64,000 bases of DNA from Rhodosorus marinus CCMP1338 (Eukaryota > Plantae > Rhodophyta): positions 806,001 through 870,000 of the forward strand of contig JAMWBK010000006.1 in the NCBI GenBank assembly GCA_029953675.1, read 5' to 3'. Positions 36,910 through 50,738 of the stretch are shown one piece after another. The position numbers and the translations under genes are program-made. Under the pieces are notes generated by a model that ran no database searches, had not been told where the DNA came from, and saw nothing but the letters and a program-made list of their open reading frames with translations. Each line of letters starts with the position of its first letter. Position 1 is the first letter of the stretch.

Positions 36910-37655
36910 CCCCACCGAAAAAGACGTCATACTCTTGAATGCAACTCTCGAAGCGGAATACGTGAAGGAAACCTGATAAAATTAGCACTTACCAATGTGG
37001 TTCATAGAAACTTTTCAGACAACTGTCACTAACTCTGGTGAAACATAGATTGTGGGGTGAAACGTGCACGCTATTTACTCTATAAAAACCCATTTGAGAA
37101 GCACAAGGTCTGAACTAGAGATAAAACCTGCTTATCATCAGTATTCAGGATGGTCGCGTTGGACTGCCAACGCCAAACATCGGATCACCTGTCACCCGAA
37201 GCTTTGCCCACCACCGCAAGGGGCTCGACTGATGATACCTCTCCATTCCGAGCAACTGCTGTTCGCAGTGTTCGAAATCGGAGCAGTTTGAAACATACGA
37301 GCTTGGGACTCAGCCCCGTAGATGATCAAGCGCTTTTCGCATCGCAGCTTGCTTAGACGAAAGCCTGGTGAACGAGAAAGGTCGCACTGCGGTTTCTATC
37401 TAAACCCAGATGGATACACTCAAGCTGGACAACGACCCACTTGCTGAAGGATAGTGGGCTATTGCTAGTACCAAAGATCAATCAGCTCAGCCATTCTGAG
37501 CAAGACCCTCCTCTTTCCTTATGGCTGTCTTGTCGTCGTCACTCTCATCATGATCATCGGAGGGGGATGTGAGGAAGAGCTCTTGACCAACGGACTTGTT
37601 CATTGGATTGTAAATACATGACACATCAGACTTCTCTTGGTTGAGATCGATAAGC

Positions 37656-38866
37656 ATGTGGAGAGAGGTTGTTAACGCGTACGCGGCATCGCCTATCGAT
37701 CGCCGGAACAACTTTCGCAAGGACGAGGGGATGATCGCTGCATCTGAAGACTCTCCTTGCGCAATGACTGTGGTTTTGGACAACCGATTTCGTCTTCTAT
37801 CCGATGATGGAGGCTTGTTATGGGTTCAGAGGAGAGATCTTGGTGACTCGAGCGGTAGCCTGACAGCATTTCTGGGTGACTGGAAGAGAAACGAATGCGA
37901 GACTTGGTCTTGCTTCGCAGTCCAAGTCGAACCTTCATTCAGTCCAAACGGACTGAAGCCTGGCTACAAGTTTTCAGAGCTTCGAGGCCTGACGGGAAAC
38001 GGAAAACTGTCCACTGAAGAGAATGCGATCGCGGCACACGCAAAGTCGCTTCTCGAGTTTCACGCAAAACATCAATTCTGTGGGATCTGCGGGAGCGAGA
38101 CAGTGTCCGAAATGGGAAGTTCTAGAAGAAGATGCACCAGAAACCTGGTTGGAGAAGAAGCTACACCTGATATGGACGATAACTGTACCGGAATGTGGTT
38201 TCCGAGAACCGACCCCGTTGTCATCGCCGTCATAGTGGATGCGGACAGATGTCTTTTAGGACGAAAAGCTGTGTGGCCGAAGGGAGTTTTTAGCGCTCTA
38301 GCAGGCTTTATGGAACACGGTGAGAGCTGCGAAGATGCTGTTCGTCGTGAGGTAAGTAATAGATCCTCTTTCATCAGCCGAGACGTACTGTCCGTTTTCG
38401 TCCATGATAGATGTGGTAGTTCAGATCGTTTTAGACTATAAATATATCTGATTAATTTATGTATTTCCAAATATGTTTTTGCAATAGCGGTTTATTATAC
38501 CGTCTTTTTATGTATACCCGGTTGGATGCATCCTAACAGAGTCGTTTCGCTCCCGTGCTTGTGCTGCTGTGACTTGACATTCAGGTTTTTGAGGAAGCTG
38601 GAGTTTGTGTAGGAACATGTAGATATCATTCATCCCAACCATGGCCATTTCCGTACTCCCTGATGGTGGGATTTCTCTGCAAGGCGGAAACCACGGAGAT
38701 CACCGTGGACGTTGATGAGCTCGAAACGGCTCGCTGGTTCAGCAGAGCTGAGGTTTTGGAGATGATCAAGGGAACCAGCGACAACAAGCTCCCACCGCCG
38801 ATGGCCATTGCGAATCGACTCTGTATGGCGTTTGCGGAAAGCGACTCGATCGCCTCTTTCGACTGA
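37656..38866 (+). CDS. NudC-type NADH pyrophosphatase (NUDT12/13, NUDX19 family), 2 exons
   Basis: Zn ribbon FCGICG...RRC...C, FPRTDPVVI, Nudix box AGFMEHGESCEDAVRRE-VFEEAGV, SQPWPFPYSLMVGF; intron 38352-38584. Confidence 0.93.
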
Positions 38867-39766
38867 GAGACTTGTCGTTCTTGCCTTTTGAATGAGTTTG
38901 AATTTGACTATTTATCGCTCATGTACTAAGAAGAAGAAACAAAAAGGTTACTTTGTCCACCTGATGAGAGGCGGTGTAACCCTCGACTCTTCGCAGCATG
39001 ATCGTGTGGTTGCTGATAAGCTCCAAGCGGATCGCCGGGACTGACTTCTTTGAGTCCGCGTCGGTCTGGCTTGGGTGTCTCTCTGACTGAATCAGATGTG
39101 TTGTCCTCAAGGAGCACTGATCCGATCCGAACCATTGGGCCAACTAAACCCATACTCATTCACAACGCCATGTCACTGGCTTGCGTCTAGAACCCACTAG
39201 GGACGATAATAGTCACACCATCCGGAGGTTTCTGGCTTAGCTGTCTTCTGACTGACTGAGATCTGCTCATTGTCCTTCTGAACGACTCGGAAAGCAACCC
39301 CTGGCCCACCAAGCTCACATTCATCGCCTTGGACGTGAAACTTCGGTTCAACCTTAACTGTTGGAGAACTCGGGATGGTAGAGGGGCTCTCAACTGTACA
39401 TGCTCAGGTGCTCAAAGCCTTTGTCTCTGTACGACGGTTAGGAACGTTTGCAGGAGCTCAAGAAGTCATCTTGACGTATATTGAACCCATCATCTTTCAT
39501 CCGCGCTAGTACAGCGTACTGGGAGGGCACGTTGCGGGCACAATAGTTTGTGGTAGTGCCACATTGTCAGGTCTTCCAGAGTATCAATTCTAGTTCACGA
39601 ATAAGCTATCTCGCCTAACCACCCGTTATTGCCATTTGTAATCTATCGTCGATGTCATCCTGACCCAATCCAGTGGCTTGGACTTCCTTCCTACCCTCTT
39701 AAGCACTGGAGGTCGCAGAGAAGTGGTTGGTTCCAGAGCTCGTTAGAATGCAATCCAGCAACGGTG

Positions 39767-40899
39767 ATGAGCACTTCTCGGCAGGCAAAAGCTATGGTCG
39801 CATTCTTGCCCGTACAATGGAGCTGTTCAAGTTCGCTGATGGCGGGGCAACTGCGACGGGTGGGCAGCAGCAGACGATCTAATTGCACCGTGTACGCCGA
39901 GCGCCCGAATATGGATTACTCTCTGTACCTCGTCACGGACCGGAAGCTCACGAAACATGGTGACGTGAGCTCGGTACGCCAGCATTCAAGTTCAGAGGAC
40001 TCAAATAATTAGTACAATCGATTTTACATTGCTCTTCTAACTTCGGCATGGCTCTTATTCGTTCGCAAGGTTGTTGAGGCTGCCTTGGATGGTGGTACCA
40101 GCGTGGTTCAGTTGAGCAACAGGCATAGATCAAGAAAAAGAACGGATCGTCTCTTAGTCATCGTCTCCGCCCATATCTTCCTTCGCTTAGGCTCAGAGAT
40201 AAGGACGTTTCAACTAGAGAAATGATTGAATTGGGACAAGAGCTGCGATGCGTAACTGAACAGAACGGTGTCCCACTCCTCGTCAACGACAGAGTTGATG
40301 TCGCGCTTGCGATAAAAGCAGACGGCGTACATGTTGGTCAGGTTGGTCCTGCGCACGAAGCCCAAGCAGGACGTCAAGTTTTCCTGAACAGTTCCTTGGT
40401 ACAATGACGTTTGTAGGATGACATGCCAATTGAAATGGTCCGGAAACTAATCGGTGCCGACAAGATTATCGGGGTGTCGGCTGGAACAATAGAGGAGGCG
40501 GTTCAGGCTGAGAATGATGGGGCTGATTATCTCGGAGGTGGGAAGATATTCATTGTCATATTGCTTCCATCTAGTTCTTATCTACTAGAATCTCCTAAGC
40601 ACCCCGCTATCAATCCACAACTTCCCGCAGTCGGGGCCGTGTATGCGACTTCCTCAAAGTCGGACGCTGGAGACGCCATCGGGCCCGAAGCACTGAAAGC
40701 CATCGTAGACTCAGTGAGCATACCCGTCGTCGCCATTGGAGGTATCAACGGGAAGAACGCCCGTGAATGTATCACCCAGGGGGCAGCGGGAGTGGCGGTC
40801 ATATCAGCTATCGTGTCAGCGGATGACCCTTCGGGTGCATCCTCTAACCTCCGACAGACGATTGTAAGGCCGATCCGTTCAAAGAGAAACGCCAGTTAA
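39767..40899 (+). CDS. thiE: Thiamine-phosphate synthase (stand-alone ThiE) with an N-terminal leader, multi-exon
   Basis: [89 protein letters not shown]. The start is ATG 39767 or 39794. Confidence 0.93.
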
Positions 40900-41165
40900 T
40901 GACCGATTCCACTAACCACAGTTACTGTTACTTCACTATATCAGCTCAAGACTAGATCAGAGTAGAATGTCATCTCCCAAAGGTCTTCAACTTTGGCGGA
41001 AGAGCGGTTCCATAAGCATCATCATCGCGTCATCCATCCAGATAAGCTGCTTCTCGGCAGGAGGGGCTTGCGCGAAGAGCATCGTTAACGGTACCGGATC
41101 TTTCAGGATCGACAGTATCGAGACCGCGTAGCCAAGCCGCTGCGGCTGATCGAGCTGATAAACCC

Positions 41166-43870
41166 TTAGGATCTGCCCGCTTTCTCAAACTTCCTCGTTA
41201 TTTCCTCCAGAGCGGCATCACCAGCTTCTCGTTCCCTCCGCTCCGCTTCCAGGTTGATTCCATCCCGGTCAATCTTCATAGGAAATTTTAGAAACGGGCA
41301 AAATATCAGCACTAGGATTCGGAGGCTAGAGTAGAGAGCTGAGTTTTACAGAAGCGAACATGCCCAACTCACCGTCTTCTGATCTGGTTCGAAGCAATGG
41401 TAAACCTGACAAGTTCTAGCCGGAACGTATAGCTCCAACCAGTACGGCCGTTTCTGTAAGAAGGAATACAATCGGAACGATTAGCCACAACCATGGGCCT
41501 AGAAAGCAGTAAGGTTTGAAAACCAAAGCAACATACGTTGAACCACTCCTCATGAGTCTGGTGCACTACATCGTGATGTACCCTTCCTTGACCGTCGAAC
41601 TCTTGAGCATCAGAGTCCAGAACGATCTTGTACTTGCCACCCCACCAGGTCCCGAACCGGTACCCAGTATACGAATTTGATGTGTGGAAGTTAAAAACGA
41701 ACAGCAGTCTGCGGCCTTTCTCATACGCAATGACCATGTCATCATTGCTCTGCGTGACCACATATTCGTGCGACTGCGGGTAGCAGAAGGGTGTCTCGGA
41801 CGCCATTTTGTGCATTCTCGCATCAAAACGGAAGAGGAACTTGTATCGAAGCTCTTCATTATGGGCCAGATCCCATCGACGTCTTGCGTGGTGGTAGGAG
41901 AAACCGTTTCCTTCTCTGGGGAAATCGATCCACTCTGGATGGCCAAATTCGTTTCCCATGAAGCTCAGATAGCCTTCTCCTCCCAGCGAATAGGTTAGCA
42001 AACGAATCATCTTGTGCAGTGCGATTCCACGCTCGATAACTGGAGTCGGGTACTGACTTGTCGACATATTGGAGTACATCTCCTTGTCCATCAACCAGAA
42101 CGCAATAGTTTTGTCTCCAACCATGGCCTGGTCATGACTCTCCGCATAAACAATGGTGTTCTCCTGCCACCTTCTATTCGTTAGAGTATGCACGATGTCG
42201 AACATGTCCCATTGCTCGTCGGAGAGTTTCTTTAGGATTTCAATCCATTTGTCTGGAATGGCCATTCCAAGACGATAGTCGAACCCGAGTCCTCCCTCTT
42301 TGACAGGACGACACAAGGTAGGCATGCCGGATACGTCCTCCGCAATCGTTAGGCCCGTTTCAGGGTATCCTGTATGGATCATTTCGTTCGCGAGCATCAT
42401 ATATATACAAGCATCCATATCAACATGCAGACCAAAGTACTCGTTGTAATTGCCCGTGAATCCCATTCCAATTCCATGATGTTTGTAAAGCATAGACGTC
42501 ACTCCATCGTAGCGGAAGCCGTCAAAGTGGTACTCATCCATGTACCAGCGAATGTTCGAGAGAAGGAATCGCAGAACTTCCCAGTGTCCGTAGTTGAAGC
42601 AGCGTGAATCCCAGCCAGTGTGGTACCCCTGCTCACCGCCGTGGAAATACTGGTGGTCTGTCCCATCGAACGAATTAAGACCATCCATAGAATTCGAGGA
42701 AGCATGAGAATGAACGATGTCCATCAGTACGTAGATGCCCATTTCGTGTGCTCTATCAATCAGCATTTTCACGTCCTCTGGCGTTCCAGAGCGGGACGAC
42801 ACTGCGAAGAAGTTTGTCACGTGGTAGCCAAAAGATGCATAGTATGCGTGCTCCTGGATCGCCATTATTTGCAGCGCATTGTACCCAAGGTGTTTGATCT
42901 GCGGAAGTACATTTTCTGCGAACTCCGCGTAGGTTCCAACCTTCGGGTCGTTGCTTCCCATGCCGACGTGGCACTCGTATATTCGGAGAGATTTCGGTTT
43001 TTTCACATGCGTAGGGGTTCCGCTATTCCATGCATACTTCCATTCGGTCGGTGGATCCCAGAAGACCCCATCGTAAAGGTATGTCTCAGGATTCTGTACA
43101 GCGAAAGGTGTCCTGGAGGTTTTCAAAAGAAGTTTCAAAGTGAGGGTGCTTAATCGCGGAACGATTCTTCCTGTATGTCCATGGTACCAGGGCACTTACC
43201 ACGCTGGGATTCTCTCCAAATGCATTCCTCCTTCAGAAACGACCACAAGCTTGATTTTGCTAGCATGATCGATTGGCGGGGATCCATCGGCCCTATTGGG
43301 GATTTCAATAGTCCACACCCCGAAATCGTCCTTTCTCAAAGGATGACTTGTCCTATTCCAGTTGTTAAAGTCTCCAGTGATGAACATCTCCTTCGCACCC
43401 GGAGCCCACTGTGGTTGAACAAGCATTCATTCACGATCTCAGCGAAAAGCCTAGCGAGGTAATTGAACAATTTTAAGCCATGGATCTTACCTCTCTGTGG
43501 GTAATTCCCCTCGATGTCTTTATTGTACCGAACTTCTTAAAACCTTCCGAGAACTTCATGAGACCACCTTCATGGTCATCAATCGATTTCTTCAACTCGT
43601 TAAACTTATTGTACCGATATTTCAGGGCGTCTACAAAAGGCTCCAGGTATACATCATCCGCTACAACCGCAGTTCCGTCTGTATTCGAACCCCAAACTGT
43701 TTTTTGGAGGGCAGAAAACAACCAAACACACGCGAGAGAGAAAACAGAAAATCTTCAGTCTCCAAGAAGCAAAAGACACAATCCGAAAACACAGGGAAAA
43801 AACAGAAAGGCAAACGTCTTTCTGTTTTAGAGAACGAAAAGGAATCCTTACCCGCCTTCCTGTCACCCAT
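41166..43870 (-). CDS. SBE: 1,4-alpha-glucan (starch) branching enzyme, GH13_8, no transit peptide
   Basis: [58 protein letters not shown] (nucleophile), IAEDVSG (acid/base), [25 protein letters not shown]. Confidence 0.97.
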
Positions 43871-44907
43871 GGTGGGGGCGAAACAACCAAGACGCGGACT
43901 AGACAAAACCAAACAAAAAAGGAGACTGACTATTCCCACAACCACAACAAGCAAAACAAAAAACCAGAATGATCTAGACTCGCTCTAACACAACAAAGCT
44001 TCCCCCTCTAGAAAACCCTCCAGTACTCTCAGCTGATCCCTCCGCAGCAGCCCTAAGCACTCGACATCCTCACACAAGAAATCCCCCAACAGGGGTCCAA
44101 ATATATACATCTCGTTTTAGCAAAAATCCCCAAACCGTCTATTTAAAGTACTATAAGCACTATAATTACGCTCTAATATTTCCAATTATTCAATTATATT
44201 ATGGTAAATACAATAAATTATCGTTATTTAGGGTCCAATTATACGAAACTAGAAAATCCAGATCCGTTTCGAACCACGGATCAAACCCCTTCCCAAGCGG
44301 AGGATTTTAACCCACACAAACGAAAAACAGTATCTAAAACTAGTGCAAATCAAAATATCTCGGTACATCCCCTGAATTAAGAAACCCCAATTTGACCTAG
44401 AGTATGATGTTTTAGAGATAAATATTCATCATTAAGGTATTAACTTTGAATAATTATTTAATAAAAACGGATGTGGTATTTATTAAGATAAACGGGCTTC
44501 TAATAAATGCACGGCTTTTTTTGGAGGTTGTAGTGTGATTGATTAGGTGGAGAATGTAAGATGGTTTTTTTTGTATAATTTTAGTAAGGATTTAAGTATC
44601 AGTTTAGGTGATGGGTTTTCGTACACATTTGACGAGCTTTCTTTGAGCAAGGTATCAGCAATGGTTTTGTTCCGTCTAAATGGGAAAAGACGCATACGAT
44701 AGTCGCACTCAAAATGCGAGCGAACTATTGTCATAGGTGAAAAGCCCTCACACCCTTACTACCCCCCTCTCTCCACGAGACCAAAAAAAAGAACTCAGCA
44801 ATGTGGTTTTAAGACCTCGTTGAGCCTGGCGGAGGTGTTAATGAGTAGTCCCGATCCGGGCTGCGTTCCTGTTGCTTATGTCTGATACTCCTAACAACGC
44901 CAACGAC

Positions 44908-46653
44908 TTATTTTTTCGATTTGTTTACCCTTTCGCCTGAACCCGTCTTACTATCTTGAGAAGTAGAGAGCGACTGGTCAGGTTGAACTGAGAGTCGGTG
45001 CTTAGTCGGTAGCCAAGCTCGCCTCGTGAATCCCAGTGGTGTGCTGCTAGACGCTGAATGGTTTGAAGACCTGTAGCGTTTCTCTCCTCCAAGGATGTTC
45101 AAAAATTCAACCGGAACAGCTTCAGAAGCGAGCCAAAGCTCGCGATCTGCTGTAGAGCCGTCATTGCTCTTGAAGGTACCTTTTATCATCGCCTTATGAT
45201 GTTTCTTATTTGTACAGGAGATGAATGTACACAAAAGGTCTGCTGTCTGCGGGCAGATAATACATTGGATGTTTTTACTTGTACTTTCTATCGGTTCGAG
45301 ACTTAGCACTCAACTTTGCGCATAATGGTTTCGCCGGGATCTGCATCCAAAGCCCAGATCCTTACAAGGGAACAACGCCTGCTTGCATAAGTCTCATTTC
45401 CATACACCATTGGCCCCCGGAAAGAGGCTTCTGCAATCTCACTCAGGTTGGGGTCGTATAGGGCAACCAAACGCCCCTAAGTGAAACATGTTCTAACGCG
45501 CATATCTACTGGGAAACTGGCCAGCGAATATTAGTTCCACGCTGCAAAGACTGCTTTGAATATATAAACAACTGGCACTCATCGCCTAGATCGTATGCGT
45601 TCGCTGTTAGCGGGACCTGCCATGGCAAGGCCAAAACCTAAAATCGTATTCGAGCTATTTCGACGCGCCAGGATCTAAGTTTTCCCCGCCGGTTGCTTGT
45701 TCGAAAAGCTTTCTGGTTCTGGTGTTGTTTCACTTCCCACTTGATCCTGGGAAGGCTTGCCTCTCATAAAATTGAGAGGTTGTGGTACCTGCCGGTTGTT
45801 GGCCGTGATCCGGTCAACGCCAACGCTTGCGGCTTGCTCGTTGAGGGTTATGTTTGTATCGGGGGCTTTGGGTGGTGATCTCTTCACCCCCTTACCATCC
45901 TCTAAAGACATCGCGTGAACCTCCAACGACCTCCTCTCGCGGTCAAGGCTTTCCTGCAACTGTTCCAGTTCTCTAATCCTTTGGAGCTGATTTTCGATGA
46001 TAATCCCCATCAACCCACCCGCGGACGATCTGGCGTTTTCACTGGGCCCTGTCTGCGCTGGAGGAGCTTCATCCTGGTCGCCCTCTGAAGACAGCTCGGT
46101 ATCGCAATCCGGCGATTCTTCTGAGGGCAGCCGCCACTGAAACTCCAAATCCGAACCAGCGGACATCCAAGAAAAAATGACCCTCGACCCACCACCTTCC
46201 ACACACTACCCTATCATCTGCTCAGACAGAGATCCCCAAGCTCCTTCCCTTCTCCTCAGCCACCGACACAACATCAAACTCAATCCAGAAACTCCTCGCC
46301 TCAAAAACCTCCTTCGAACTCTGTCCAACAGCTGCTAAACGCTCGTCAGCCACCAGGGAAACCGAAGCAAAAACACACCGGTTAAAGAAGCTTCTCCTCG
46401 TCAGCAATACAGAGCCATCCAAGGAGTCAAAAACCCTGACTCGAGTCTCTCTCTTCTGCGTCGAAAAAAGAAAATAGGTGTTCTTCCCCTCCGTCCTGTT
46501 TCCCACAGTCGAATAAAAAAAGGAACTCCTTTCACAGCCAAGATTAACAGAAACAAAAACCAGATCTAAGAAGCGCAGGGCGTCAAACAGGAAAAAAATT
46601 ATACCACGTTTCCACAGCAAGACAATTCTCGCACCTATACCACACTCATCCAC
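44908..46653 (-). CDS. Hypothetical gene(s) with an acidic/coiled-coil segment
   Basis: ORFs 45675-46202 (LQRIRELEQLQESLDRERRSLE) and 44908-45309. Connectivity and start are uncertain because the 5' part is error-prone. Confidence 0.4.
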
Positions 46654-47920
46654 TCCAACCTCTCACCGGCAAACCCGCGTCGTTGCTCGGTAACCCCAAC
46701 CGCATTTCTATCTCCGAAACCCTCAAAAAACCGCCTTCGAGATCAGAACATCCAAAAACATCACCAAATCAATTGTCATCAAATTCCTTCACAAATAATA
46801 ACAAAAACAGCTCAATACAGTAGGCAAAACTACCCCTTAAATTTAACGGCCGCATGTTCCAAACACGCCATGAGTTTTTAAAAATACAAAAAGTACCCAC
46901 GAGTTTCTCGATCGAAAATAAAGGGGGTAAGTTTACAGGATTTTATATTGATTGAAATATATGGAAAATTTTAGAAAATAGACATCGTGATCGGATTTTA
47001 GATTGATATCAATCTTTATGCAGATATTATTGTGTTTTTTTTCGTCCTTGGTTTCTTTTTTTCTTAATAGCTGGTGTTGTATCTCGGTGGACAACGGCCG
47101 GGAAAGAGCGTTTCAACCTTGTTTTTTTGTGGGGGGGGGGGGGAATGGTGCCCTTTGCGTAGTTTTTGGAACCTTTTGTGGGAATCTGTGGGATAAGGCG
47201 ATGAAAAGCGGGTTTGATAGTGGTTCTGTAGCGGCCCTACAGACGGGAACAAGTTCCTGAGGTTAAGAGCCTGTGTGTTGAGGAGCATGACAGCAGTTGT
47301 GCAATGTGTATTACTGGATGGTTTGGGGAGTTGGATGAAGGGTGGGGAAATGGTTGAGAAGTGCTACCCCCATTTCCTTTTTTTCTTTTTTTTGGTCTCT
47401 ATGGGTTTTTGGAGAGTACTTTTCGATGCGTTAAGTAGTGAAGTCCAGTAGCCCTTATCCCGAGCAAGCACCCTAGTTGCGAGGGAGCTTTCCTCGATAT
47501 GCCTGGAGCGAAACCTCCGTTTTGAACTGGAAAGCGTGGAAGAGGCACCGAAACGGGGATGAGCGAAAGGCCGATGTGGTCTAGGCTGGATAGTATTCAG
47601 GAGGTTTGTACAGTGACCATTAGCGAAAGGTGTGGTGGCTCCCCTTGTCGTTTCTACGTGGTCATGCATCAGCAAACACAAGTGACGGGCAAATCACTGG
47701 TCCCCACAACCAGGTCTTCTAGTACATTGCAGCAAGGGGGCGATTCTATCCTCCTCTTCGGTCTGATTATCAGGGCATACGTCTCTTTAAGTTTACGTTC
47801 ATAGACTGATAGAGAGCTTCCGGGTTACTCCAATTCCGTGATTTGGTAGAGGGATAGCTAGCCTAAGCAGTCAATGCTAAGGTATTATATACTTGCGCCA
47901 AGTGCATTTCTGATGCGATG

Positions 47921-49274
47921 TTAGATTTTGTGCATGAAGAATTTCTCCAGCTGACCTCCGAGCTCGGAGACGTAGTGGTGTTTCCCATTGTAATGGTAGC
48001 AGTTCTCCACCATCCTGCGGACATCCGCGATGAAAATGTCCTTTGTAATATAGTACCATCCAATGTCCAGTCGGTCTTGGATAGTTTTTAGATCAATCGG
48101 GTTCTTAATCACTTCGTAGTAGTCAACTGCACCAGTTTTCTGTGGGTCTACTGGCTCAATAAATGGCCACGCAGCATTGTGGCTTTTGACTTGATTCAAC
48201 ACATTCTGAAGATGTTGCTTGAGTTCCGCCTGGGCCTCGGGGTCCTTGTTCGCTATACTCGGAGGCTTGACCTTGGTCTTCAAATCACTGGGAGGATCCT
48301 TGCTCGGGTAGATATCAGAAAGCCCGGGAATTGACATAACATCAATTCCTTTTCTCTTCCGCGCGTCGATTCCAGGGTACACAATGTGCGAATTTGAAAC
48401 CTCCTTGAGCTTTTCCACGAGACAAATTTTTTGTGCTTTCAACATCGCGGGTATTCTCAGGTAATTCACCTTCTTGTGAAGCTTGCATTCCATCAACGTA
48501 ACCCCCTCGTAGTCCTTGATATACCCTTGCCACATGTTAAGCGGAAGCGTGATCTTTTTGGAGAAACCTTGCTTTTTGAAGTACGGCACAGCGTTGTTGT
48601 CGGCACAAGTGAGAAGAACAGTCAGGCCGAGTGACTTTGCTCGCTCCTTAGTCTGTGCCATCAGCCTTGTCCCATAGCCCCGTACTTGCTCGGAGTGCGA
48701 AATAGCCAGAAACGCGATCTCGCCAAATCCTTGCTTCGGGAATGGGCGGTAGCAGCACCCTCCCATAACAATATAATCACCATCTGTTCCTCGCTTTAAC
48801 AACGCGAGTGACTCATGCTTCCTGTCAAATACGAGTCGCGTTACGTACGGCTTTGGCATGTTTGGCAATTGCTTCACGAAAACGTTCTTGAGCCCAAGAA
48901 GCCTCACAAGCTGTTCTCGAGAACAATTCGGTCCTTGGGGAACACGAAAAACGTTTTATCAGCTACACGGGTAACTGAGCAGACTCCTGAGAATTCATAT
49001 TGAGGATATAGTCACAGGTTAACTTACCATCGTTTCGCACCACATCAAATTTGACGTTTCCATTCTTCTCCTCCTCCTCCATCTTGACCCACTTTTGCAC
49101 GTAAGCATGCTGCGAATCGGGTCCTAAGATATCTGCCGTCTCTTGAACTCGCGCACCAGGTGGAGCCGGCCGCGGCCTCTTGGCTGATGGGACCTTGCAG
49201 ATAGGGTCAATACAATAAGTCTCCTCTACCTCCTCTCCATTTTCATCCACCTTTGCTTCCTCCTTCCCCGACAT
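47921..49274 (-). CDS. GCN5: GCN5 histone acetyltransferase (GNAT plus bromodomain), 2 exons
   Basis: LKNVFVKQLPNMPKPYVTRLVFDRKH, FGEIAFLAISHSEQVRGYGTRLM, ADNNAVPYFKKQGF, YIKDYEGVTLMEC; bromodomain AWPFIEPVD..DYYEVIKNPIDL..NC.HYN. Confidence 0.97.
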
Positions 49275-50479
49275 GCTTGCTACCCCAATCCTGCGCTCAG
49301 ATCACCGAGTAACAACTAGCACACCAACTTACCAAACTCCACAGAAAACAGCGAGACAAACGCAACTATTCGCGTTCCAAGTTGCTCAAACAGTCCACAA
49401 CAACAGTTACCACATTAAGCTCAACGAATCCCCCACCTCCAAACACCTCGCCCCGGGCCGAAGTCCAACCTTTTCTCCGAGCCTCGATTCTCTACACCTA
49501 CAACCAAACAAACGCAAACAAGCAAAAAAAAATAAACACAGAGAGAAATAGAGAGAAACAGAGACAGAGACAGAAAGAGTAAAGCCTTCTACAAGTCTTG
49601 GCTCGTCTTGGCTCCAAAGTTCTCCTCCTTTTCAATCCGTCCAACTCTCCATTCCTCCTCAAACATAAAAGCCATGTCATATCCGAAATCAACAAACCCC
49701 CTCCCCCCCAAAAACACAAGACACTGAACACTTTCTTCCTCCTTCTAGAACGCAATAAGATCATATGCATCTTAAGAGTCATCAGTAAACAGTCATTTTA
49801 ATTCATTTTAGATCCTTTAGTATAAATTTTATAAAATAATTCAGTCTATATAGGTTTATATAGATTGAGTTATTTGCATGACTGATATGTCTTTTTATTT
49901 CTAGCCAGTTTCTTAAAGTTTGGTGTTGGGCTCGTCGTGGAGGGGGTACGTAGCTCGAACTATTAAGGTGGTGAACTGAGGTAGCGATATGTAATCCCTG
50001 TCGAGAGAGCGACTCGTTTGTGCTGCTGCCCTCCCCGTCCTGGAGGGGATGTGATGTGATGTGATGAGATGTCCTTTTGCGTGCTGGCTCTTTGCTGTTC
50101 TTTCATTTGCGCGGTTCTACCCTCTTTTTTTGGACTGAGCCCACTGCGCGGGGGCAGGGGGGCGCTAGCTAGCCTTAGCATTGTGGATGATCAAGCTGCG
50201 CTTCCTCTATCCTTCGCGTGGACAAGACAAGACAACTCCCTTCGCCGAAAGCCCCCCACCCCTCCCGCCTCAAAACACTCAATTCCAAACCAAATTGAGA
50301 ATCTGCTCCTGCAACGCTCAAGCCCCTTTTTTCAAAACTATTGGTCAATATTCAATAATATAAAAATAAAACAAGATATTTATATTCAATATTTCAATGC
50401 TTTAAGGTACTTATACGGTATTTATTTATTAAGACCATTATTTTTACATAGAATCTGCCGTGAGAATCAGTACAAAAGA

Positions 50480-50507
50480 TCCAGTCAATATTCATATGTT
50501 GACTGGA
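50480..50507. promoter_or_regulatory. Palindrome TCCAGTCAA-N10-TTGACTGGA
   Basis: Perfect 9-bp inverted repeat about 230 bp upstream of the UBL gene; shares CAGTCAATATT and TTGACTG with the element at 6156. Confidence 0.45.
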
Positions 50508-50738
50508 AAAGTGAGTGAGTGCCTATTTCTATCGTTTCTATGTCTTTTGCGATTTAGTTTTTGTAGAATTTTTGACGGTATGAGTTTGTTTTAGTTTCCA
50601 AACTTTGGGATTTTGTGAAAAGGGGTGCTGTGGTTGGATCGGTCTGAGCAGCATTCAGTGTGGTGAAAGGTGTGTAGGAAAGCGTGTCTGGGGAGGAATT
50701 ACAAACTAGTGAGCGTCAAGACTTGGTTAGAAAAAGTG

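Noticed and set aside
37487-37783. Minus-strand ORF overlapping the NudC 5' end
   Set aside because: Short, antisense to a confident gene, and no motifs.
38352-38584. Intronic C/D snoRNA in the long NudC intron
   Set aside because: The C box is imperfect (ATGATAG), with no terminal stem and no recognisable rRNA guide.
39500-41000. TPP riboswitch associated with thiE
   Set aside because: No CTGAGA...GAACCTGAT...GTAGGG aptamer layout was seen in the introns or UTRs; the one CTGAGA (about 40509) is exonic.
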